Positions 22,020 to 29,537 of a stretch of 38,882 nt of DNA are shown here, one piece after another. The position numbers were made by a program, and so were the translations under genes. Every line of letters starts with the position of its first letter. The stretch's first letter is position 1. The notes beneath the pieces are model-generated. The model did no database searches. It saw nothing but the letters and a program-made list of their open reading frames with translations, and was not told where the DNA came from. Source of the stretch: an uncultured virus (IMG/VR IMGVR_UViG_2061766007_000286). Taxonomy: Duplodnaviria > Heunggongvirae > Uroviricota > Caudoviricetes. The stretch lies in the IMG/VR virus record IMGVR_UViG_2061766007_000286; one strand, 5' to 3'.

Positions 22020-22221
22020 CGCCAGCACCCACATAGACACCACGGAAAAGTTCCTGGCATGTGAAGCGTTGCTGACGGGATGCAGGCTCGAGTTCCCAAC
22101 CGTGAAGACGTGTGGGGTAGTTCGTTCGAAACTCGCGATCGGAGACGAGAAGTCCGATCAAGAAGCGAGAGACAGGCTTCTCAAAAACAGTCTAGGATTC
22201 CTCAAAAAAGTCCTGAACTGA
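22020..22221 (+). CDS. C-terminal fragment of a hypothetical protein
   Basis: Open frame from the gap to TGA at 22219-22221, followed by the AAAATACTATATT motif. Confidence 0.45.
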
Positions 22222-22233
22222 AAATACTATATT
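22221..22233 (+). promoter_or_regulatory. AAAATACTATATT promoter-like motif (downstream gene lost in gap)
   Basis: Same core as at 8376-8397, 23348-23361 and 36319-36340. Confidence 0.55.
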
Positions 22234-22257
22234 AAGGGCTAACCGAGNNNNNNNNNN

Positions 22258-22629
22258 GGCGATGGAACTTGCCAAGGCGAGAGACATAAACGCCGGGGAA
22301 TTGTACATTCACAAGGACCACTACAACCGAATCCACACGAATTTCACGAACATTTCGAAAAACATCCGCAAAACGGGTCTCACCTTCCACGGTGAACATG
22401 TCAGCGAAATAGACATCGTCTCCTCTCAGCCAACTTTGCTATATGCTTTATTGGTCTCCTGGTTCAAAAAGTGCGAAAACCATGCGAAAGAAGGTGCCGA
22501 CGGCAAATACTTCATCGAAGAACCATCGAAAAGGGTTGATATCCGGCAGAAATATGTGAACCGGAAGAACAAGTACCACGGGAGCAACATGTTCGCATGT
22601 GAACTCAACGAGAATTACGACCGTCTCGG
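22258..22629 (+). CDS. Internal fragment with family-A polymerase-like palm motif
   Basis: RIHTNFTNISKNIRK...GEHVSEIDIVSSQPTLL parallels the GR..(N/T)L..IR...D..Q segment around motif A. Bounded by gaps. Confidence 0.5.
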
Positions 22630-22663
22630 NNNNNNNNNNGACCTATAAACTGTGTTCAGTTCG

Positions 22664-23283
22664 ATGTCTGAAAAAGCAAAACATAAAGGTAGTTCTTTAA
22701 ACTCGTCCACTGTGGTGGTCCTCGCTCCAAAAATTTTAATAAAAACTATATATACTCATTTAAGTACTATAAAAGAGAAAAAAGGCGAAGACGAGGAGTT
22801 TTTCGGATCTGACGGAAAATCGTTCAGGTACTCGATGGACTCCCTTGTCTACATCTGCTCCAAGATCTCGAGTCTGAAGGCCCAGAAGCGGTTCAAGAAC
22901 CTGGACAAGGTTCCTCTCTCGTCGACTGTTCTCCTGCATGAAATCGGCAGGAACTACAGAAAGTACATCAACCTGCTCCTCGACAACGGAATAATCGAAA
23001 CGGACAATCACTACGTGGTCGGAGATGAGGAGAACGGGCGTAAAGGGAAGTGCAAGTGCTACTGCATAAGCAACAAATACCTTGGTTCCGATCTAGTAGA
23101 GTACAAAATAACGAAAAAGTCACTTTTAGGCAAGATTTTGGACTGGAAGGAAAGGATGCTCGGCGAAATCGAGTCGGACGAGATGCTTTCCAACATATAC
23201 GGCATGATGAAGGAGTTCAAAATCGATCTTTCCACTGCCGTTTTGGATGCTCCCGGCGAACGCCGGTGCAAAAAAGGCACTCT
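22664..23283 (+). CDS. N-terminal fragment with winged-helix-like domain; probably the same gene as 22258-22629, misordered in the scaffold
   Basis: VPLSSTVL..IGRNYRKYINLLLDNGIIETDNHYVVG..KCKCY. TATAAACT at 22644-22651 upstream. Confidence 0.55.
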
Positions 23284-23293
23284 NNNNNNNNNN

Positions 23294-23319
23294 GTTCCCG
23301 TCGAAACCAAAGCACCCCC
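23294..23319 (-). ncRNA. ssrA: Probable tmRNA 5' end (remainder lost in gap)
   Basis: Minus strand reads GGGGGTGCTTTGGTTTCGACGGGAAC, matching the conserved tmRNA 5' pattern GGGG-N-TG-N3/5-GG-N-TTCGACGGG, about 30 nt downstream of a promoter-like motif. Confidence 0.72.
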
Positions 23320-23347
23320 GAAGGGTTCATGTGTAGTTTATCAGTTG

Positions 23348-23361
23348 TAATATAGTATTTT
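23348..23361 (-). promoter_or_regulatory. AAAATACTATATTA promoter-like motif upstream of the putative tmRNA
   Basis: Shared motif; a late-like GATAAACT also lies at 23335-23342. Confidence 0.6.
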
Positions 23362-23411
23362 CCGATGCTGATAGGAGGGTTGCTCCGGCATTTTAAGTTT
23401 TTGATAGTATC

Positions 23412-24308
23412 TTAGATCAGTTTTCCGCCAGGAACACCGGCGTCTTCCAGCGCCTTCTTCAGTTTTTCGTCGCGTTCTGGCATGACATACCTATCAAGCT
23501 CGTTTCTCGGAACCTGTATGTGGTTGAACATGCCGCCTAGCTCAAGTATCTCGGATTCCTTTTCACCGATGCTAGGCGAAATATCTACAGCATATACGTG
23601 TTCCTCGTCAAGGTCGTCGTCCCATTCGTCGGTACTATAGCTGTAACCAGTACGATACAGATGCTTCTCATCGTTCAAGCGATCCTTGTCGTCGGCATAG
23701 AGGCTGTTCACAAAGGCCAGCACGTACTTGATTTCCCCACGAACACACATTTCATCTGGATTTCCTGGATACTGTCCGATATGCATCTTAAATCCAAGCT
23801 CCGGATATACAGACTCGGCGGCTTCTTTTATTCGATCACATATATCGCGTCTATCCTTTTTGTAAGCATCGCTAGCTATCTTGTACTCGGAATATTCTTT
23901 GTTATATCGTTCCATCGCGATAGCGTCGTCTTTGTTTTCTGGTTCACGCGGTCTGCGAGGATATGGACGAGTTACTTTTGAAGAAAACAGTACAGTATAG
24001 TCAGCAATACTGTTGTCCATCTTGTCTCCTATATATGTCATGTCGTGGGTACCGGGACGACCGTCCACAAAATTCTTGTGCTCGTCCGGATTGTTCATGA
24101 ACTTTTCGTAAGTTTTGTCGTCATATATCTCAAAGTTCTTCCCGGAATTTACCATGTACTCATAGTTTTTGTTCATTCTTTCCTCGAAATCCTTTTCAAA
24201 GTCGGCTTCGAAGATGACTGTGCGAATATCCTCGATGCTTTCAGAAACAGTCTTTGAAAAACCGGATTTCATCAATGAGTCGATGAACTCTTTTCTCTGC
24301 TTTTTCAT
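23412..24308 (-). CDS. Acidic hypothetical protein with the shared N-terminal leader (putative internal head protein)
   Basis: Leader FIDSLMKSGFSKTVSESIEDIRTVIFE; TATAAACT at 24338-24345. Confidence 0.75.
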   Translation of the reverse strand: MKKQRKEFIDSLMKSGFSKTVSESIEDIRTVIFEADFEKDFEERMNKNYEYMVNSGKNFEIYDDKTYEKFMNNPDEHKNFVDGRPGTHDMTYIGDKMDNSIADYTVLFSSKVTRPYPRRPREPENKDDAIAMERYNKEYSEYKIASDAYKKDRRDICDRIKEAAESVYPELGFKMHIGQYPGNPDEMCVRGEIKYVLAFVNSLYADDKDRLNDEKHLYRTGYSYSTDEWDDDLDEEHVYAVDISPSIGEKESEILELGGMFNHIQVPRNELDRYVMPERDEKLKKALEDAGVPGGKLI

Positions 24309-24345
24309 GGAGAACCTATAACGGTTTACACAAAATCAGTTTATA

Positions 24346-24374
24346 CAAAAACCGGGTGCAAAAGCACCCGGTTT
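24346..24374 (-). terminator. Terminator after uvsX, abutting the next late motif
   Basis: AAACCGGGTGC/GCACCCGGTTT stem with U-tract on the minus strand. Confidence 0.8.
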
Positions 24375-24390
24375 CGCATTCCATTCCAAC

Positions 24391-24801
24391 CTATCCAAGA
24401 ATCGCACCAGATCCACCGGAATACTTCCTAGCACGGTCCTCTGCGGTTTCAGCGTCTTCAAGGTTGTCCTCGTCGATCTCCAAAGCCTCTTCATTTTCGT
24501 CTCCGGAAGCGAAGTTGACTGGCTTCAGGAGCGGATACACCTTCTTGACCCAGTCGTTGATCGGTTCGAAAATGGTGCCGATGGTGCTCTCCTTGTGCAG
24601 GTCGTATTCCTTGCAAACGATCCAGTCCTTCGGATCCTTGTTAGGGTCCTTGATCACGTACCAGTTGAAGTTGCCTGCCTTCTCAGGACCGACCACTCCC
24701 TTCTTGTCGAACTTTGAAGCGCTCCACTTTTCAAGCAGTCCGGCTTCTTCGGCGAAGATGTGCAGACCGTACCACTTGTTCAACCCCTTTTCAAAGTTGA
24801 G
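24391..24801 (-). CDS. uvsX: UvsX/RecA-like recombinase, C-terminal fragment
   Basis: LNFEKGLNKWYGLHIFAEEAGL..NWY and an acidic tail match the T4-like UvsX C-terminus (F..GI..Y.GL...A...G). Confidence 0.62.
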   Translation of the reverse strand, partial: LNFEKGLNKWYGLHIFAEEAGLLEKWSASKFDKKGVVGPEKAGNFNWYVIKDPNKDPKDWIVCKEYDLHKESTIGTIFEPINDWVKKVYPLLKPVNFASGDENEEALEIDEDNLEDAETAEDRARKYSGGSGAILG

Positions 24802-24812
24802 NNNNNNNNNNC

Positions 24813-24977
24813 AGACTCGGAGCGTATGATATCGGCGAAGGCCGTCTCATTTTGAAACGGACGATTTATCTCGCCATCGCCTTCTCCACCGCATTGCTTT
24901 TCTTCGGTTCTGTCACCGGAGCATGCCTGCTTTACATCGGCAAAAACGTGATACCGTTGATAATAGGTCTGCTCTGA
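24813..24977 (+). CDS. C-terminal fragment of a membrane protein (not in the ORF track)
   Basis: Frame reads ..KRTIYLAIAFSTALLFFGSVTGACLLYIGKNVIPLIIGLL*; its TGA overlaps the next ATG (TGATG). Confidence 0.55.
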   Translation, partial: RLGAYDIGEGRLILKRTIYLAIAFSTALLFFGSVTGACLLYIGKNVIPLIIGLL

Positions 24978-25156
24978 TGTCGAAAGAATTACGCGACACC
25001 CACGAAGAAGACTGGAAGACCGATTCGTTTTACGAAGAGGTCAATGGAGACCTCGATGCAATGCGCGGAATGAAACCACAGAGCGGAGTTTTCGAGACCG
25101 ACGAAGAGTTTTTCCAGCGTAAGCGAGCCGAAAAATACAACAGGCAGAAACGCTAA
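24977..25156 (+). CDS. Small charged hypothetical protein (59 aa)
   Basis: ATG coupled to the upstream stop; MSKELRDTHEEDW... Confidence 0.55.
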   Translation: MSKELRDTHEEDWKTDSFYEEVNGDLDAMRGMKPQSGVFETDEEFFQRKRAEKYNRQKR

Positions 25157-25233
25157 AAATCCGCCGGCGCGAACTCAAGTTTTCCAAACAAATTTTTATA
25201 AACTAAAGTTGTGTGTTGCCAGTGGAGAAATCC

Positions 25234-25530
25234 ATGGAATTCATCGATGCATTCAAGGTACTGTGGGCGCCAGTGACGGCGATCATAACAGTTGCCATAT
25301 GGGTTGGTTCCTTAAAACACACCATAAACGACCACGAAAGACGCATAAAAGCTCTTGAAGTAGACATAGACGAGAGGGTAAACGCCATACAAACTCTTAT
25401 CCGCGAAGAAATTGGTGCTCTGAGAGAAGAGCTGAAAGACCAACGAGAAGCAGTTCAAGCACTCTCTATCAAGGTAGCCGAGCTCTCCACCACGCTACAG
25501 CTCACCCTGAAGAACAGAGAAGAAGACTAA
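25234..25530 (+). CDS. Single-TM coiled-coil protein (possibly lysis-related)
   Basis: TATAAACT at 25197-25204 and SD GGAGA. N-terminal hydrophobic VLWAPVTAIITVAIWVG followed by heptad repeats. Confidence 0.6.
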   Translation: MEFIDAFKVLWAPVTAIITVAIWVGSLKHTINDHERRIKALEVDIDERVNAIQTLIREEIGALREELKDQREAVQALSIKVAELSTTLQLTLKNREED

Positions 25531-25886
25531 TCATTTAAAAATCGATCCAGCATGGACTCCATCTGCCTCAGTTTGGAGTCGTCTATCTCTCCGTCGCAAT
25601 AAATTGACGGGCAAGATTCCGGAAATTGGAGCTCGTCGCTGGCATCGTCTATGTTGATCTCGACGAACCTGTGCTTTGATTGCGCGATGGACTTATGAAG
25701 AGTTATCCTAGATCCATCGTTAAGATACACGACGAACACGTGGGAGACATCCGGACTCTCGTCTCCCTGCTCGAATTCGTACTTGATCTTGTCCTTGACG
25801 AAGTGACCACGAAGACGGTCGAACACTTCGTTCATGACGGCGTTGACTCTATTGACCTTAGCCGACCTTTTGGGACTTATATACAT
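25527..25886 (-). CDS. Hypothetical protein (119 aa)
   Basis: Complete ORF; its stop overlaps the convergent gene's stop. Confidence 0.65.
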   Translation of the reverse strand: MYISPKRSAKVNRVNAVMNEVFDRLRGHFVKDKIKYEFEQGDESPDVSHVFVVYLNDGSRITLHKSIAQSKHRFVEINIDDASDELQFPESCPSIYCDGEIDDSKLRQMESMLDRFLND

Positions 25887-25907
25887 AGTTCCACCAAAAA
25901 TACTATT

Positions 25908-26853
25908 CTATATGATCTTCTGAACCCACTTCAACCGCTTCAGGTCGTTTGCGTACAAGTACTTGTCGTTTTCATCCAGCTTCAAAGGCTTGAACATCGC
26001 CTCGTAGTGCTTTTCCAGCGCAAGNNNNNNNNNNCCCGTTCTGGTCTCTTGCAACATCATTCGAACGGCTTTCTCCGATTCTAGTTCTAATAAAGTCTCT
26101 TGTTTTGCTGGCGGCACGTCCTTCGGCATCCTCGAAAATCGGATGGCAGGCTAAATATCCCTGTAGGACAGCTTCGCAGAGTTCCCGTTCACCAGACATG
26201 TTTTCAAGTCTGTAAATGAANNNNNNNNNNGTCCAGCTTCAAAGGCTTGAACATCGCCTCGTAGTGCTTTTCCAGCGCAAGCATTCCATTCCCGCTTATG
26301 AGCACGTTCTTCGGAGGAGTCTCCGCGACCCCGACCGAGAAGTGGTGTATCATCATCTGCGCCCACTTTGAACACGTGCGAATAGTGCCTGCCATGAATA
26401 TGGCAGGCGNNNNNNNNNNTCTTGGGTTTGGAGCTCGTGATGAAGTGTTCGTCTCGACCGTACTTCTTTATGGCCAGACCGGCATTGTCGATTATGTTTG
26501 CGACCTGGTAAATCGCGTCCTTGTCGCTGGCGATTTCATCGAACTGGCTNNNNNNNNNNGCTGTTCTTGATGGAGTCTATCAATGCGAACCCGGAATAGA
26601 CGTCCCCGCCCTCGGACGAAATGTTCAGCGTGATGTACGTGTTCTTCAAATTCTCTGGCTTCACGCTGGAATTGATCTGGTCTATCTGCGCGATCAACTC
26701 CTTTACGCTGTCGTCGTTCACCTCGCCTATCAACCAAAGCGGAATCTCGACCATCATCGTGTCGGTCTTCTCTATCGTCACATGAGGCTTAGTCTTCGTC
26801 TTGCCGGTTTCTGGAGCAGTTGATCGTCGTTTTCTCATCTTGCCGCCGTTCAT
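25908..26853 (-). CDS. clpP: ClpP-like (S14) protease, in three pieces: 26560-26853, 26231-26409, 25908-26024
   Basis: LIGEVNDDS..ITLNISSEGGDVYSGFALIDSI; AIFMAG..R......MMIH; D.YL.A. The catalytic Ser region falls in a gap. Unrelated fragments are interleaved. Confidence 0.75.
26035..26220 (-). CDS. N-terminal fragment of a WG-repeat family protein (leader region)
   Basis: FIYRLENMSGERELCEAVLQGYLACHPIFEDAEGRAASKTRDFI; overlaps the sequence of 34500-34606. Confidence 0.6.
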
Positions 26854-26897
26854 GTCTATAATATAGTTTATCTATTGGCACACCTATTCGCTCAGCG

Positions 26898-26931
26898 AAA
26901 AATTAAAAGCGGCGATCAAAAGACCACCGCT
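26898..26931 (-). terminator. Terminator after the 26957 gene
   Basis: AGCGGTGGTC-TTTT-GATCGCCGCT stem (two G-U pairs) and a U-rich tail on the minus strand. Confidence 0.7.
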
Positions 26932-26956
26932 CAAAATTTTCAAATAACTAAAATAA

Positions 26957-27460
26957 CTAAATTTCATTCACCTCATTCTGGACAATCTTGCAGAAATCGC
27001 TGGCATTCAACAGCTTTTCCTTTTCCCTGTCGCGAATAAACGTCGGACGACTCTTGTCATCGTCGTAATTAAGAAGGTCGTTCCCCCATGTATTTGTCGT
27101 TATGATGATGTCGAGAACGGCATCGCATTCCATCGCCTCGGTTTCATCGTTCAGTTCGAATATGCCATATTGTGCGCATATCTGGTATCGGCCGCCGGCG
27201 CACTTGAACGTAACCTCGGGCTTGGAGCTCGTGATGAAGTGCTCGTCGCGGCCATACTTCTTTATGGCCAGACCGGCGTTGTCGATTATGTTGGCGACCT
27301 GGTAAATCGCGTCCTTGTCGCTGGCGATTTCATCGAACTGGCTCGCGGCGTCCTTGACATACTCGTCGACGATTTCCTGCAGCTCTTTAAGAGGTTTGCA
27401 CAAATCGGCATCTTCTTTCTTGCGAACACACACGTCAACCTTTCTTATCTCTATCTTCAT
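26957..27460 (-). CDS. Hypothetical protein (variant copy of part at 26420-26549)
   Basis: ORF; the variant fragment differs mainly at third codon positions in this frame. Confidence 0.7.
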   Translation of the reverse strand: MKIEIRKVDVCVRKKEDADLCKPLKELQEIVDEYVKDAASQFDEIASDKDAIYQVANIIDNAGLAIKKYGRDEHFITSSKPEVTFKCAGGRYQICAQYGIFELNDETEAMECDAVLDIIITTNTWGNDLLNYDDDKSRPTFIRDREKEKLLNASDFCKIVQNEVNEI

Positions 27461-27469
27461 GTCCAATAC

Positions 27470-29500
27470 CTACCTGATCTTCGAGATCCTGTTCATGCGC
27501 TCAGAGGCGCTTGAAGAACTTTCCATGTTGTGGTCGAGGGCCCATTCTGTATAGCCGCGCTCGACCGTCATCACGAACGCGTGATACACCTGCGATTCTT
27601 CGTCGTAGAAGTACTTCACGTCGTACAATTCATCGTTTTCGCTGAGAGGGAGGTCGACATTGGAAGAGTGTGCGTTTGCGTAATTTATCAACTCCATCTC
27701 GTCCGACATGACCTCATGGAAATCCTTTTCCGCGGCGGCAGCGGCAAGTCTGGCGGCTTCATGTATGTCACCGGATTCCCCGTGACCGAACCCCATCACG
27801 AAGTCTCTGTCATGGTCAGAGGAGACGCGCCCGACCTCGTTGGAGAAAAGTTCGTCCATGTCAACGTATTTGTATTTGTCTACGTCCTTCTTCTGCCGTT
27901 CAAGATAACCCATGTCGGATATGTCTGCGATCGGGCTGTCTCCGACCACCGTCACCTTTGCACCGACTTCCCTGTTGAGCGCGTTCAACTTGTCTTGGGT
28001 CATGTTGTCCCAACCGTCTTCATAGTAGGCGGGAGCGTCGGTGTTGTCGGCGGTCTGGTCGTATTCCGCGTTGTCGCTTGGCTGGGCAAGCGCCATGTTG
28101 CCCGCCAGCGCACCAGCGAGAGCAACGTTCTTTACCTTTTTCATCGCAGGGGCGAACATTTCACCTAAGCGAGATTCAATCAATACCAGCGGGTACTCAT
28201 CTGGATTGGATTTATTTAGTTCTATAATCTTTTCGTTTACTTTGTCTTTTAGTTCATTTAGCGACACCTTCATCTCGGTAGCATACCGATGATACTCTTT
28301 CTCGATTTCCTTTAATTCTTCGCCTTGAACGCCATCGCGTATTGCATTTTTAAATCTCGACCATACATAACATGCCTCATTTTCAAGATCATCGATATGA
28401 TCGCACAATTCCTTGAAGTATTTTTTCGCAATTTCATCTCTGCATTCACTAATCATGCTCTGTTCATCGCAGTAATCTTCATAATCTCTGATAGCAGATT
28501 CCGGATCAAAACCACAAGTTATATCACCGGCACCTTCGAAAACCTCCTTCCGTATGTTGTTTGTCGACTCGCTTATCGCGTGTTCCGGGTACACCGCATT
28601 GAACACGGTTATGATGGCGCTCGCTTCGGCCTTGTCGCATATGGAGCAGATGGATTCAAGGAAAAGATAGCCATCGGAGTTTTCTCTAATTTCAGCCTCA
28701 TTACGGGGCATAGTCAAATCCTCCTTGTGTTTCATCTCCATCGCCTTGCTGACATAGCCGAAAATTGAATCCACGACACGCTTCGCGGCATCAAATGATA
28801 TTTCCATACCAGAATCTCTTGATGCTTCTTTAGCGAGTTCAACAATAACTTCATCATGTGTTTCACCGCCTTTGAAATAGTCGTTGGCGAGAATCCCATA
28901 CTTGTTGTTGCGACACATCCAAGAACTGAATGCGTCCGTCTGCTTTTTAATGTTTTCCCGTTCGGACATCGGAACACCGTACATGCTCAGGGGGTTCTCG
29001 TAGTCGGTGTCTTCCATGGATTCGAAAACGTCGCCGACCTTTCTGCTGTTCTCTTCTACCCAGTTATCGAACTCTTCCTTGTTGTTGAAAACGATATCTT
29101 CTTCAGGCTTCAACACATTCTTTGCCAGCTTGACCACATCCACTATGCGCTTGAACTCGCTTTCCGGTGTCCAGTTATCGTTTTTGTCATAATACCGGCC
29201 GTCATGATGCTTCCCGATAATCATGTACGTATAGGAATCATAGTCGATATCGTCGGCGTTTGGATAGTAGAACTCAAGCCCGACATCACCGTCTTTATAC
29301 ATTTTGATGCTACCGATCCACCAGCCGCTATACTGCTCGGCGATGTCTTCGTCGGACATAAGCACTCCATGCGTTCCAACCGTATCGTTTTCGAAAACGG
29401 CTCTCCGTATGCCGTTCACCGACTCGCACAGAGACTTCGAGATGCCGATTTTCTTCAAAGAGTCGAGAAACTCAATTTCCGTTTTTGACAAGGATTTCAC
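27470..29500 (-). CDS. Acidic multi-module protein with the shared leader (putative cleaved internal head polyprotein)
   Basis: Leader FLDSLKKIGISKSLCESVNGIRRAVFE; internal copy SESTNNIRKEVFE; TATAAACT at 29529-29536. Confidence 0.78.
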   Translation of the reverse strand: MKSLSKTEIEFLDSLKKIGISKSLCESVNGIRRAVFENDTVGTHGVLMSDEDIAEQYSGWWIGSIKMYKDGDVGLEFYYPNADDIDYDSYTYMIIGKHHDGRYYDKNDNWTPESEFKRIVDVVKLAKNVLKPEEDIVFNNKEEFDNWVEENSRKVGDVFESMEDTDYENPLSMYGVPMSERENIKKQTDAFSSWMCRNNKYGILANDYFKGGETHDEVIVELAKEASRDSGMEISFDAAKRVVDSIFGYVSKAMEMKHKEDLTMPRNEAEIRENSDGYLFLESICSICDKAEASAIITVFNAVYPEHAISESTNNIRKEVFEGAGDITCGFDPESAIRDYEDYCDEQSMISECRDEIAKKYFKELCDHIDDLENEACYVWSRFKNAIRDGVQGEELKEIEKEYHRYATEMKVSLNELKDKVNEKIIELNKSNPDEYPLVLIESRLGEMFAPAMKKVKNVALAGALAGNMALAQPSDNAEYDQTADNTDAPAYYEDGWDNMTQDKLNALNREVGAKVTVVGDSPIADISDMGYLERQKKDVDKYKYVDMDELFSNEVGRVSSDHDRDFVMGFGHGESGDIHEAARLAAAAAEKDFHEVMSDEMELINYANAHSSNVDLPLSENDELYDVKYFYDEESQVYHAFVMTVERGYTEWALDHNMESSSSASERMNRISKIR

Positions 29501-29537
29501 TGGAACCGCCTGTGGTTCTTATGTATGGAGTTTATAA

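Noticed and set aside
20713..22161. 482-aa ORF joining 22020-22161 to the M16 peptidase
   Set aside because: The join runs through about 350 Ns. The upstream piece lacks HxxEH and reads better as a plus-strand gene end.
20786..22221. Long plus-strand ORFs opposite the M16 gene, and similar antisense ORFs elsewhere
   Set aside because: They are shadows of GC3-biased genes or are inflated by N runs, with no recognisable motifs.
22234..22247. GGGCTAACCGAG after a promoter motif as a possible tRNA start
   Set aside because: Only about 12 nt precede the gap, too little to call.
23232..23283. Abrupt change in sequence character at the end of the wHTH fragment (possible insertion or intron boundary)
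   Set aside because: About 50 nt at a contig end; cannot be distinguished from a misjoin.
4164..27472. Possible TAG recoding or readthrough: many genes end in TAG, and gp6/next gene (4176) and 27470/26957 are in frame across TAG
   Set aside because: Long conserved genes are intact under the standard code. TAG often forms part of the next SD (TAGGAG), precedes terminators (gp23) or overlaps a convergent stop (25527). In-frame neighbours occur one time in three by chance.
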